A stretch of 64,000 nucleotides of DNA, taken from the NCBI RefSeq assembly GCF_009914755.1, contig NC_060926.1; one strand, 5' to 3'. Positions 26,182-40,150 of this stretch are shown in pieces. Below the pieces are notes generated by a model. That model saw nothing but the letters and a program-made list of their open reading frames with translations. It was not told where the DNA came from and did not search any database. Within the stretch, counting starts at the first letter, position 1. Each line of letters starts with the position of its first letter. The DNA is from the human T2T-CHM13v2.0 reference genome, Homo sapiens. A program made the translations under genes and the position numbers.

Positions 26182-28459
26182 GTAAGACGTTTGAAATTTA
26201 CTCTCAGTTATTTTGAAATATCAAAACATCACATTGTACTTCATAAGTGATCAATTATGACTTGTCAATCAAAAACAATCTTAATAATAAAATTTAAAAT
26301 ATCTATTGCTAAAAACTAATGGTTTTATGTAAAGCATAAAATTTATCAATATTTCTTCCGAATGTTCTTTTTGAAACTGTGTATACTGATTGGGAAACTG
26401 CATTTATTGTAAGAGTTCATTGGAATTTTAACTTACATAACTAGGTGTCAGCTCTGGATAATTTTTATTTTGGTATTGAAAGAAAATTGGCTGAAATCCT
26501 ATTCCATGTATGGTTGGGAACTGTGCACCCTTTAAAATGCCTGCCAGAGATTTTAGGGGACTTTTGTTATACCTGGTCACTTCTGAGGTACATTTGCAGC
26601 TTCTCCTACCTTTAAGAACGTTCTCATTTCTTGCTTCCTATAGTAATTTCCTTATTTGCAACACAAATGTGAGAGAAATATAGTCCCATTTTACTTAGTT
26701 ACCCTAGGCATCAAGATAACAATTGTAATTCATCCAATCCTAGCATAGAATGCAAAATTAAATTTAAACATATTTGTATCTTGTTTCTATTATTTCATCC
26801 GTCTTTGATTCCTTGTCAGAGAAATTTCATTTGTCACATCTTCTACCCTGACTCAAGCATCTTGTTATATTGTTGAGTACCTTCCACCTCCTTTAAACTC
26901 CTCTCTTCCCGTTTGTACATACCCAGCCTTTAAATTTTTATTTTTTTTTCAGATAAAGTTATTCTTTGATTTGTTTGAACTCTAACCTAAGAAAAATCTT
27001 TCCACAGTTAAAATGATCCATGAAAATATTTTGTCAGTTGGTTTTCTTCCTCTCCATGGGGAATTATGAGGTCAACTTTACATTTTTCTTCTCACAGTAT
27101 ATGTATTACAACAGCCTAATAAATAAGTAGCTATATCTAAAAAGTTGATCACATTTTTCCATGATATTAATATTACATGGTCATTCTACATCCTCAGTGC
27201 TGCAGTTTTAAAGTTATCTATTTATCTTTTTAGTTAATCACACTTCAGCTCAGGAATGCTGTTCCTATCAGACTTGTTACCATTGGCAAGCCAGGGTCTC
27301 TAAAAGCATTTTAGTTTACAGATGTGCTAAGTGAGTTGGACTATAGGCTTTCTAAGAATATTTTCAATTTATGTAACATAGGTATGTTTTTAGATGCATC
27401 CATTAAAGAAGATAAAAAGAAAAATAATGTACCTAACTAGTACATTTACTTCATTTCCTAACACAAATTTATGATTTGAAATATGAATCCCCAAGTCCAT
27501 AAAAAAGCTAGGCTAATTATATTTTAAGAAGTATTCATTATCTTATTTCCTCTTTGGATTTTAATAAAAACAAGCTTTTAATTTTCAGTAACATCATTAT
27601 AAGACATTTTTATTTGTAGAAGTAACAATATTTCAAAAATAATTATTTTCTTGCACCAAATCTTGTGAATATAAAATCCAATCTACAGCTCTAAATTGGG
27701 AAATCTCCAGGGATGTTTTGAATGGTGGCATTATTTTGCCAAACTCCATGTCTCAGAGAAATTTTAGAGAAAAGCTACAGCTTTTTCTTAATGAAAGTAA
27801 GGTAGAAGAATCCACAAAAACTAAAGATAATCATTTGGTATGGTTAAGAGAAAGACTATGGAATTTTTATTAAATTAAATTAGGACTTTAAAAACCAGAC
27901 TATAAACTATATGCTTATATATATAAGTAATATAGTAAACTATATGCTTCCAATATTTGCTTTTGTTCACATATCAACATTTGTCTAAAAGGAAATGAAA
28001 AAAGAAAATAGAGAGGATAATTAAAACAAGCCAATGTATTGAGAAAATTGCATTAAAATGGTAAAAGATGGAAGGAGAGAAAAGGAAGAATAAAAGAAAA
28101 AAAATATATTTTATCATATTTTCTTCTACATAATCTCTTTATATACCTATTTAATTTAGAGAGTTTAAATTCCTCTTCCCTCCAATATCATGTGTTAGGT
28201 ACTCAAATTTGATTTCACTCTACCTTTTTGAAAGAGAATTTCCATTGTATCTTTCGAAACAGTATTGCTTAAATAGGCTATAAATTTCACTTCCAATCTC
28301 TTAGACACATAGTTTTCTTGCTGTGATGTAGTCTCATCCTTTGTCTCTTTCTAAGGAAATTTTTCTCCAATAGAATTTACTTCTAATTTATAATAAAGAT
28401 TCTGACTTCATTTTTTATGTTTTACTGCTGGCTTCTTTCAATTCCCACCACTCCCTCTG

Positions 28460-28800
28460 CCTCTTCTGCCCCATATTTGAGCACGCCGAAAAGAAAGCAC
28501 AGGTACTCCTTCTTTGGAAGCCAGGAGTTCAAAGCAATTAAGCCCTAGCCCACGTGTGAGAACCTTCACCTTAACCTTTCCCTAATCACAAAAAACCCAA
28601 GCCAGGCAACTTTTCATACTCTCTCAAACCACTTTTGGACCTGCTTGCTGCTCGCCCTGCTCTCCTGAGAAAGTCTCATTATGAGAGTAATAAACTGTTT
28701 CCTTAACCTCTTAGTGTGTATGTGGCATCATCAGTCTTGACATTCCAAGCAAAACTTTGGGGGATGGGTCTATCCTGTTTCTTCGTGGAGATCACAAAAT
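28460..28800 (+). mobile_element. ERVL-type LTR fragment (MER54/MER74 group)
   Basis: gccctgctctcc...gagtaataaac...gtggcatcatcagtcttgacatt; family from recall. Confidence 0.5.
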
Positions 28801-30144
28801 GTCTGCATTATTTAGATAAGTCCGTCCTCACTCCCTTGGGGTGAAACAAGTAAAGAGACACACTTGGTAATTTTTCCAGGTGCATAGCCATATTAGAAGA
28901 GGATCTTGTTTTATATTCAGGAACATAGGAAACAAGACGGAATTGTTGACTCCATGCAATCCCCTCCATTTTGTTTTGTTAACCACTGGGCATAACAGTA
29001 AGTGAATGGCTCTCCAGCATTCTTTAGCTATTCTTTAAGCTATTCCCATGTTCTTTAGGGAAGGGGAATATCTGTTTAGCATAGTTATTTTACTCTCATT
29101 TTCTAATGCAACATGTATCCTTCTCATAGCAATGTTTAGTTGCTTATGTTTTTGACCCCAGAAAGACCTGAAATGGTTTAGACAGATACACTAGTTACAG
29201 AAACCCAAGGCCATAAAGTTCCCTAGCTCCAAATTACACATTTTTATGTTTTCATCTTAATTATTTTTCCCAGGAACAGGGTTAATTATAACTCACTGAA
29301 GATTATATAATGATTCAAATGATCTTATAAAATCAATCTTAATAATACAATGTCAAAACTATTATGCCACATATTTGATCATTATAAAAATTTTCCTATT
29401 ATCAAAACCCTAATAAGAAATTAAAGTAAGATAAGTAAAATTCTTTTAAAAATTAAAAATCTATGAAGTAGTCCCAGTTTTATATTGGAGACATCATCTC
29501 AACAGTATCACACCAAAACCAAAAGTCAAGCTCTCTTTTCTTCTTAATTTCAGGCCCCAAAACACAAGTGCAAGAAAAGCAACAAAAATATTTAAGAGAA
29601 AACTGGAGGTTAGAATTATGACAAGCCAACATGTCATGTGGATAAAGCAATTCTACAAGACTAAGAGCCCAGTACTCATTCCCCAGGGTAACATTATGTC
29701 AGCGTGTCATGCCATTGCTTTGACAGGGTAACCCAAGGGAGGTTGAGCAATGTCTGTGTCTTAGGTAATGTCTTGGTTCAGCGAGCTCAGAGGACCTATG
29801 CCCTACATGTTCATCTGAACACTAAATTTTTAGAATAAACTAATTTGTTTTTATTATAAACCCAATTATTGATAAAACATTAGCTAGATTAAAATAATCC
29901 CCTAACCAAGGTGCTTCCAGTTTCCCTAGAGTCATACCGATGCAGCTTTATAGATACTAGTACCAACTTAACCCCGCTCAGGTGATAAGTTTAAGACACT
30001 AAAGCCTTGAAAATATTTAGCAAGCACCAGTCTGTTTAACTGATTGTTATGTTATTAAGAAACTCTTCATGCAAATTTCTGCTCTTTCCAAAAGAAAATT
30101 CTACCTTTCCACGATGTAAGAAAATGAACAGTTTGAGCAATTTG

Positions 30145-30176
30145 TGATTGTGGTATCTCCCCTGTCAGGTAAGTAT
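30145..30176 (-). pseudogene. 3'-truncated U1 snRNA retropseudogene (U1 nt 1-32)
   Basis: Reverse complement atacttacctgacaggggagataccacaatca vs U1 ATACTTACCTGGCAGGGGAGATACCATGATCA (29/32); perfect 16-bp TSD cagtttgagcaatttg at 30129-30144 and 30177-30192. Confidence 0.9.
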
Positions 30177-31296
30177 CAGTTTGAGCAATTTGAATTTATT
30201 TTCAGGGTTCTTTCATAGCCTTACTCATAAACTTTGTTCTCCCTGTAATTTCCAGAAGTCAGCAAACTACATAGAGTTAAGATAATTAATTTGGCTATTT
30301 CAGTCATTCTTACTGCTTAGGTCACCAACACTACCAGTTTTAAGAGTCAGTGTCTTTTTCTAATCTCTCTTCTCTGAAGTGGAATATGATTCCAGTGTTT
30401 TTCTAAATCTTTTGGGTTGGTACATGAACCATAGTTAGCTTAGGTTATACAAATACCAATTTAATTATGGCAGTCTTTCTTGTAACATCCTTATTTTATT
30501 TCTAGTCAGGAAATACGTAATATATTAATAGTTCTTTTCCTTGTCATATTTTCTTAGCATTGAATGAGTCAGTGCCTAGACACTAGTATTTCAAACGTTT
30601 CCAATATTACCAGAGACCCTCTTCCCCGACTATTACATGACAACCATGGCCATGAATAGATACTAACTGTATTTATGAGAACAGAATGTGATGTTGCAAG
30701 TCAACATGTATTTTATTGTGCAGTTATAATAGAAGTTAACTTATATTTTGCTAAGAAAAAGCAGTTTATTACTATCCTCTCAAAACAAAATTAGATAGAT
30801 TTCTTATTTTAAAATGCCAATGATGAAGAGTATCAGTTTTTGTATTCAATTCTTCCTTCTATTTTGATATTTAGAATTGATTTGATTTTGCTAATTTAAC
30901 CAGTAAAGGTTATATCTTGCAATAAATCTTTCAAAGTTCTACTAGAGCTAAATTGGTTAAGAAAAAATAAAACATTCTGCCTCTAACACAGCCTAATTTG
31001 GCTTGTTGGATATTTGTGACAGCAAAGTTCAAAATCTTGCCAAGATTAAGACCTTGGAAAAACCAAAGAGTTCCAAAGATACACTGATCTTCCAGGCCTT
31101 CGGAATAACTTACTGTTACTTATACTTCATTCAAAGAATGACTATGAAAAATGGCCCCTTTCTAATTTTACTTCTAAATAATTTTATCATGGTCTCTCAG
31201 GGTCCCAGACTTGCCCATCTGCTCAATATTTTCAGAAAATTCAAATATTCTGCTTCTAAAGTCTAGAACATACCATGTTTAAAAGTTAAATATTAC

Positions 31297-31412
31297 ATAC
31301 CTGTAGTTTCAGCTACTAGAGAGGCTGATGTAGGAGGATCCCTTGAGCTCAGGAGTTTGAATCTAGCCTAAGAAACATAGCAAGTTTCCATCTCTTAATA
31401 ATAATAATAATA
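31297..31412 (+). mobile_element. FLAM/Alu monomer, 5'-truncated, (TAA)n tail
   Basis: cctgtagtttcagctact...ggaggatcccttgagctcaggagtttga...catagcaag. Confidence 0.8.
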
Positions 31413-31527
31413 GAAACAAATATTAAAGAGATCCAGTCCACTTAAAAATCAGTGTTAATTTTGATAATTTATTTTAAATGATACCCAAGTTATTTAATAG
31501 TAAAATAAGGTAGAATTATTCTACCAG

Positions 31528-31823
31528 GGCCCAGCGCAGTAGCTCACGCCTGTAATACCAGCACTTTGGGAGGCCAAGGCAGGCGGATCATGAGGTCAGG
31601 AGATCGAGACCATCCTGGCTAACACGATGAAACCTCGTCTCTACTAAAAATACAAAAAAATTAGCTGGGCGTGGTGGCGGGTGCCTGTAGTCCAGCTACT
31701 CAGGAGGTTGAGGCAGGAGAATGGCGTGAACCCAGGAGGTGGAGCTTACAGTGAGCTGAGATCGTGCCACTGCACTCCAGCCTGGGCAACAGAGCGAGAC
31801 TCTGTCTCAAAAAAAGAAAAAAA
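31528..31823 (+). mobile_element. Alu (AluY-like)
   Basis: Full dimer; TSD agaattattctaccag (31512-31527) / agaataattctaccag (31824-31839). Confidence 0.95.
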
Positions 31824-34504
31824 AGAATAATTCTACCAGTAGGCTTAATGTTTTAGATAGAAGATGCTAAGAAGCATATGTCAATAGTTTTAATTTTTGT
31901 ATTGCATATTTTGATTTACATAGGGAAATTTGACCTCAATCAATCAGTGAATCTACCAGTTTCCACTGATTCAACATTTACCAAGTTCAGCCTATTATCC
32001 TTGTTATGAAATCATGCCAGTGTGGTCGCAAGCAATTAATTAGCTACAGTTATGAGCACTCTTAGTAGCATTAATAAATTCACTTCTACATGTATAGTTC
32101 TAATGCATTTATAGGTGACATCATATAGTGGTTTTCTGGAGCAATGTATGTCTTTAAATTAGCATTATCTATAACAAATAATATTTTTAAGAAATCATTT
32201 TGGAAGGGCCGTTACAGATTTTAGTAAGTAATGTGTATTCTTTATTTCTTTATCTGTATGAGTTTTATATAAGTTTACAATTTTCCAGACTCAGACTTAT
32301 GATATACTATCAAAATATTTCCAGGGATATAGAAAATTTATAATTTACAAAGAAATAAAAAGATGTCATTTTACAAGTCTGGCATGTGATCCAGTAGCTA
32401 AGAGACTCAAGGCTTCAAGAAGAATTAGTTAAAATTAAATTAATTGAAGGTTTTATTTTAATGAGTACTCTGAGAAGATTGTTGTAAGAAATTAAAATTC
32501 AGTGCTTTTCAAAATGAGAAATGTCTTCAGGCAGAGTTTTCGTGTTTACCAGTTAAACTATAAGCAAATCACAGGAAATGAAATACTTTTTTTTCTATTA
32601 CCTGCCACCAAATAAAAAACTTTCTTCAAGGTGCTTTCAAAATTAATGTCTTTTTTTACTTGTACAATTGTACTAATGGTATTTAAAATGTATAGTTTTT
32701 TTAAGCCTAAATTAATTTAAAATTCAGAATCGTTTCTTTGAAAAGCTAATAAGGTATACAGATATTGATGTGCCATTGTAATTCTACAAGAATACTAAGG
32801 CCCAGATGTATGTCTCTAACAAAAACTTAGAAAAGCACAGACACACAATAGTTAATGAAACAACAATTACGAATTGTAATCTTAAATAAAAATAAAAACA
32901 TAATCATTATAAGTTATTTAAAAGCCCTGGAATATCTTTACTAAATTTAATATTTAAATATTAAAGTGGTATTACAATTTCAAAAAGAAATCCATAATAA
33001 TGAATTTGAAATTATAAATACATACAAATAAATGGTGAAAATTATCAAACTCAAGCATATATGATTAGAATTGCTATCATAATTCTAACATTAACTGCGT
33101 AAATTTGCAGCTCCTTTTTGAATCTGAGCTTATTTTTTACAAATGGAATTAAAAAAAAAATAAGCAGGCACTAGATTCTTATTGCCCATTTGGAAGAAAC
33201 AACAAATCATGAAGGAAATTAATTCTTTCTCAGTGTTTAAAAAGATTTCCAGAGACTTAATTCTGGGGTTCTGATACAGAGAAAATATTTTAAAATACTT
33301 ATTTAATGGCATATTTTGGTAGGAATGATAAATATAAGTTGGAACATGACATCAAAATAAGTTTTAGTATACACAATTTTTAGAAGAGAGCCATGCATAA
33401 AATCTAGAATAAAACTGAATTGTATGTCTTACAAACTGCCCTGCAAAAATATTATCTTTACCATAATTTTTTAAAAGACAAATTAAAATGTTTAAGGTTA
33501 CATTATATTTTAAAGGCTCAACATCAAGTAATAAAAGTCATCTCTATATGTTACTGAGTATGCAGATAAAATGCTTGTCAAAATTTTTTGAAATTAAAAA
33601 ACTTAAAACTTTCACATATGTTAATTATATTTTACACACAAACACACACACACATACACACGTATAAAATTTCACTCAGAAAGTTATGAGAGAGTTTATT
33701 ATCAATAATCTAGTAAGTCCTTAAGTACTACAGGGAACATTTACTATTAGATGACTAAATATCATAATTTCCATTTGATATTTTAGTGTATACAAAAATG
33801 AAGACATTTAATTTGTCATAGCATTAATTTGAATAGAATTTCTTAAGGATTAGACCAGACTAACCTTTTCTAAAGAGTCTAGGTAAACAATTTCACCCAT
33901 GAAAAATTAATATGCTAAGATAGCAAACATTTTTGATTCTAGCTCAGCATGCTACTTTACATTATCCTGGATGAAACGCATAATCCTCACTTTATGGTAA
34001 TGTGTTAGGATTTAAAGATGATGGAGCATAAAGGAGGAAGATGCAAAGTCTAGGTAACTACCACAGTTTGAGCACTGAATATTTGCATACACACACATAC
34101 TCATGTATGTATATACATATGCATATAGAAATGCATGTTTATTATGTGTACATACATGTTTATTAATTTTGCTGTTTTTTGCCTTTTATAGTCTTTTGTT
34201 GGATACCAAGAATGCATTTTTTTAATCATAAGGGGTGTCACACACTGTATTTCTCAATATTATCTTTAGCACTTACTTTGTCTCTTGCATATAGTAATCG
34301 TTTGACCTAACTTTGCTGAAAAAGTGACATCAACCTGTGAGAAAACTTATTATATGAGGGCTGAAGCAGTGTGTGTTACTTATCAGCATGCTGTCTTATC
34401 CCAGATTACATTTGGTAGATTTTTAAAGAAATAGCATTTTGTACTTCCAAGTTACAGATATGTCCTTCTTTCATTAAAGATTATTTTTCATTTTGAATAT
34501 TTTA

Positions 34505-34925
<421 letters not shown>

Positions 34926-35147
34926 TTATAATCATTTTGTAATTGAGCAATTTTATCAAAATTAAATATCAAATTTTTATGTATGACAATTGACATTATA
35001 AACTAAATTAAAAGACAAATGATAAACCAGCACACAATATTTGGCAAGTAAAGGGCAAAAGGTTATATTTTCTTATATATGAAGAAAACATAAGATATAA
35101 CTTTAAAAAACACACAAGTAATCCACAGAAGAGAAAATGAAAATGAA

Positions 35148-36445
35148 CACTCATTCATTCATCCAATTAACCAGAAATTCTCAAATACTTACTCTGTAAC
35201 AGATACCATTCTAGATGCTGTGAGATCAGTGACTTGAATTAAAAAAAAAAAAGAAGCTCTTAGATTTATACAATATTTATAGTCTAGTGGGGAAGGGTTG
35301 GGAAGCAGACAATAAATAAATAAACAATTGAATGTATTGTGATTTCGATGTTAAGTGTCTTGAAGTAAAATTAAGTAGGATGATAGGGATAGAGTAGGTC
35401 GAGTTGGAGAATGTTGTTATTTTACAGAGAGGGATCATAGAAAGCCCTATTTATAATAAGGTGATATTAATCTGAGGACTGAAACAGGAAGGGAATGAAA
35501 CATATGGGTGTCCTTCAGAAAGCAGAAGGGATAAGATGTGGAAAGGCCCCAAGGTATGATCACGATTGTTTGTCCAATGTGAGGAGGAGACTGATTATGG
35601 AGAGTGGAATTCTGGGTGATGTCACAGAGCTAGCTGGGCTCAGATCTTGTAGTCTTTTGCACACCACTGAAAGGCTTTGGTGTTGACCTTAGTGAGGTGA
35701 AAAGCCATTGGAGGGTTTTGCACAGTTGGCATCCAGTTGGCATTAAAGACATAAAGTTACTTGAATAACCCGAAAATGAGGGTATAGCATAGCAAAGAGG
35801 TCTGAGGTCTGGGGCACTCCAACTTTTAGAAGTCAGAGGGTGAAGTTCCTACCAAAGGAGACTAAGAAAGAGAAGGAATGATGTGAGAGAAACAGCAAAA
35901 GACACAGATATGCCAAAATACAACCAAGAAAAGTGCTTCAGGGAGGAAATAGTTGAAATGTTTCCAAATATTTTGATGGTTCAACTAAGAAGTCTGCAAA
36001 TAGAGAATGTAATGTGGCAAGGTAGAAGTGGAGTGGGTGGCTTTCCCAAGAACCGTTTGAATGGAGTGTGAAAATAAGACCCTTAAAATGAGGTGGTATG
36101 TGTGTAGAGGTTGAAGAGCATGTAGAAGAGGAATCAGAATGGCTGAATAGTGGTTTGGGGGCAGTGTGGTTTGTTCTAAAGGGAAGCAGAGGAATGAGGA
36201 GATAGTGAAGGGAAATGTGGCTTCAAAGGAAGGATCTTTTTAAGAAAGAAACAATCACTGCTGTTTGTATTTAAATGTTTCCATAGCTCCAATAATTATC
36301 AAAGAGAAAGAGAGAAAAAATGGTGATACAAGAAATAGAAGAGACAATTGTTGGATCAATATTCTTAAGAGGGCATTAAGGGATGGGAGCTAATGTACAA
36401 GTAGAAGTTTGCTTTATGTAATAACAAAGGCAGTTCATCCACAGT
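35148..36445 (-). mobile_element. L2 LINE 3' portion
   Basis: cattcattcatcc terminal repeat, accattctagatgctg, agtctagtgggga and aagccattggagggttttg are L2 antisense motifs. Confidence 0.8.
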
Positions 36446-36732
36446 GTATGCTTAGGGGTCCCTAGAGAGAAAAAAAAAATGGGCTGATTCAAAATACAAA
36501 CAGTTAAGGAGGGTTTCTTTATATGAGTGAAAGTATAGGGAAATGATATTTTTTAAATGCCTAAGCTGTTACCAATCCTGAAGCCAAAGTGACAAAAAGA
36601 AGAAGGGGAAGACAGGGAATGCTGTCAAGACAGCTGCCTAACAGAGAGGTGATCTATCCATCAATAGGTAAATCATAGTGAAGACACACATGGGTTATTT
36701 TGATGCTTTATAAGCTGATGACTTTGCTCTAT

Positions 36733-36885
36733 ATAGTTTTCTCAACCTTGTCTATGCATTAGAATCACCAGGTACAGGGGGGTGGAAACTCTAAAATCAT
36801 TCACTCCTTGGATACTGCAATAAGAGATTCTGATTTAAGTTATCTGGGTCTTGCCTGGACATAGAATATGTATTTCCAAACGTTC
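36733..36885. mobile_element. MER5-like hAT MITE fragment
   Basis: tagttttctcaacctt...cattagaatcacc...agagattctgatttaagttatctggg. Confidence 0.65.
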
Positions 36886-37374
36886 ACAACATTTAGTTTG
36901 TAAACATCTAAAAATGTTTTGACCTGGAATCATCTGTAATATTTTATTCAAAACACAAGTTGTATATTAACTAATGGGTATGGTTTGATTTAATATTTGT
37001 AAGCTATGGGAAAATATGTGTAATATCTATGTATATCTGTATCACATTTATATGTGATACATAGGTTTATACGGATGGAATGGTGATAAATGGTAAAAGC
37101 AAAGAGTTTTGGATTTCATCCTATTTTTTAGTCACTAAAATTAATGTACTATTTTGTAGGCTGAAAGAAAATCTTTAATAACATATAAATTAGGTATATC
37201 AGATTAAATTAGAAAGGAAATGAAACGATTGGCCTATAAAACCATCATTGTTTGCTGTCTTTTTTTTTGACTCTTTTTTGGAAAATATGGAATAGCTTAT
37301 TCAATAGCTGTCAACCTGTTCAATAGTGTAACAAATCATTTCATAATCGTTGACCTTTCTTCATCTTAAGTGCA

Positions 37375-37673
37375 ATTATTTATTTATTTATTTTATTATA
37401 CTTTAAGTTCTGGGATACACGTGCAGAACATGCAGGTTTGTTACATAGGTATACATATGCCATGGTGGTTTGCTGCACCCATCAACCCATCATCTACATT
37501 AGGTATTTCTGCTAATGCTATCCCTCCCCTATCTCCTCCCCACCTCCCCCGCGCCACCCCCGCTGACAGGCCCCAGTGTGTGATGTTCCCCTCCCTGTGT
37601 CTATGTGTTCTCATTGTTCAACTCCCACTTATGAGTGAGAGCATAAGGTGTTTGGTTTCCTGTTCCTGTGTTA
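37375..37673 (-). mobile_element. L1PA (L1PA7/8-like) 3' end
   Basis: ttattatactttaagttctgggatacacgtgcagaacatgcaggtttgttacatagg. Confidence 0.9.
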
Positions 37674-37734
37674 TTTTGTTTTTCCTTCGCATTACTATTT
37701 ATACTTTTAGCAGTATTCATTTTGCTTTTTGATT

Positions 37735-38083
37735 TTTTAAAATTAAGATAGGATCTCGCTGATGCCCTGGATACTGCCACAAGGGATTCGCGTGGGCTGG
37801 AGTGCAGTAGCACCATCACAGCTCACTGCAGCTGCAGGATCACAGTTCATTGCCCCTTCAACTTCCTGGCCTCAAGCCATCCTTCTGCCTTGGCCTCCTG
37901 AGTAGCTTGGACTACTGGTGCTAGCCACCATGCCCAGGTAATCTTTTCTTAAAAAAAGTTTGTAGTAGAGATGAGGTCTCACTATGTTGTCCAGGCTGGT
38001 CTAGGACTCTTGGGCTCAAGCGATCCCCTGGCCTCGGCCTCCCAAAATGCTGGAATTACAGGCCTGAAACACTGCGCCTTGCT
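37735..38083 (-). mobile_element. AluJ with two small internal insertions
   Basis: AluJ diagnostics (atcacagctcactgcagc, gggctcaagcgatcc); extra sequence at ~37771-37794 and ~37833-37856. Confidence 0.88.
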
Positions 38084-39844
38084 CCTTTTGCTTGTTTTAA
38101 ATAAAAATTACTTTAGCCTTGCAGCCTACATTTGATTCAGCTTCTCATTTTATTTCTACTTGGTATTTCAATCTCATGTTTAATATTTTTTTCAAAGTAC
38201 ATTTCATCAAGTTTTATTGAATTTTAATAAAATAGAAATTAGATTAATTGCATAATCTTATTCTGGTTTTAGTTATTACATATTGTTCTCTCCAACGAGT
38301 ATTACTTTCCTTATTTTGTGTATTGCAAGTTTGTACAGCTACATTTTGTGAATGTGGATGTGCTTATATTTGCGAATGTGTTTGGTTACTTATATTTGAG
38401 TCCTAGCTAATAGCGTCCTCAAAATTGTGTGAATTCACCTTGTTGCTGCTCACTATCCAACTTCTTGTTTCTATGTGTCTCTTCTGAGAACTTAAACCAA
38501 AGATCAGCTTGTGAAACATTTCTACTTCTAGCTCAGCAATTACTAACCTATGAAGAATTCCACAACTATGGTGATCCCAGCATACAAAGTTCCTTTATGC
38601 CATTTCTTACTGATAACTGGTGTAGTTGGCCTGTGAAGGACCAACTTTCTGAGATGATTTTGTTTGGTCCAGTTTCCATGTCAATGTCATAGTATGTACT
38701 GATCTCCTTGCTACAGCTGATCTCTTTGATTTTTTTTTTTCTTATTTTAGCCATTGCCTTTATACTAGCATTTATACTTTACAAATTTAACACATGCAAG
38801 TGCTGCTAACCGCCTATGATAAAATTAAGTGGAAGTCCTGAAGGTACAGGGTGTCAGACAGGGTTTTTTGACTATGTTTTCTATCATTTTTAATGCTTTT
38901 CGCTATTTTGTTGCTGTATCCTTAATTTGCCTATTTTGAGTCTTCTACTGACAATGGTAATTGTAAGAATCCCACACTCATTGCTTCAAACTGAAGGTCG
39001 AGATCTACAAGATCTTTTACACTTAATTCCTATCAAGGACAAGCTCTTATCACCTAACAACTACCTACTTACTTAGCTGTTGTAAAACACCTCTTACACA
39101 CAAGTGCCATTGCTTTAAACTTCTACTCATTAGTGGTATAAAACAAAATCAATGTGGTTTCTTTAATCCTTACTTCCACCTCCAATCTTCACTCCTGAAA
39201 AAAATCTGGGATTCCCCAAAGGTCCTTATTGATCCCATGTTTCAGAAAGGAATAGAAGTTAATAAGTTAGACCCATTAACTTCTTCATTCTGGTTCAATG
39301 ACAATGTATTTTCCATTATTTCCTTGAGGATTATTTATAATACAATTCCCTATTTTCCGAGAATTCCAAATTTGTTCAGAATTTTCTTCCGGTAGCTATT
39401 TTAATAAAACTCTGAGCTTAGAAACTGAGACAAACACTGTACTTATTTTATCATATAACTCGGAAATCTGGAGTTATTGTTACAAAATTAGGTGGTTATT
39501 TTAAAATTCAAAATATGTGTTGTATTTTGAGACACCATTGAGGCTTAAATCTGGGCTATATTCTTCGTTGAACATCTGCATTAGGTTGTTTATAACTGCT
39601 TGCTCTTTTCATAATTTGATTGCATATGAATTAACAACTCTATTCAGGTCACAACCAGATGTAAATAGTTTTATTTTGATTTAATCACACATCCTAAAAT
39701 TGTGAAAGCGATTTAGACTTCCTTTTCATAATCAATACAACTTCCTCCTAATGCTGATATCAGCCAAGAAGTCTTGTCTATTTTAATACAATCATGTGAG
39801 ATTGACTAATGGTAGGTTAATCCTGCCACCACAATTTGAGTCAC

Positions 39845-40150
39845 TATGCGTAAGAAGCATTTTCTCATTCAGCCAGTGGACCAATACAGTTTTTATGGTT
39901 GGCAGATGACATTCAAGGTAATGTATTTAAGGACAAGGGCCACTTCCAGCTTGCAGTTTTACCATCCCTTGTGTCCACTTTTCCATTTGATTCTAACAGC
40001 AGGAAGAGTAAAGAGAATGTGGAAGGGGCACATTTACTTCTTAAAAGGCTTGGCCCAAAAAGTGAATATTGCAACAGCTCTGCTCAGATTCTACTGGTGA
40101 GAACAACTTTCTGGGATATGAATGGTCTTCCCTGGTTACAAAGCAAAGTG
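39845..40150 (-). mobile_element. LTR33-like ERVL LTR fragment
   Basis: cacttccagcttgcagtttta...cttcttaaaaggcttggcccaaaaagtg...ctgctcagattctactggtgagaac. Confidence 0.65.

Noticed and set aside
29618-29640. p53-like half-sites (gacaagcc, aacatgtc)
   Set aside because: The half-sites overlap and mismatch the RRRCWWGYYY consensus.
37768-37780. 11-nt match of the Alu insert (reverse complement gtggcagtatc) to U4 snRNA
   Set aside because: Too short, and the flanks do not continue the U4 sequence.
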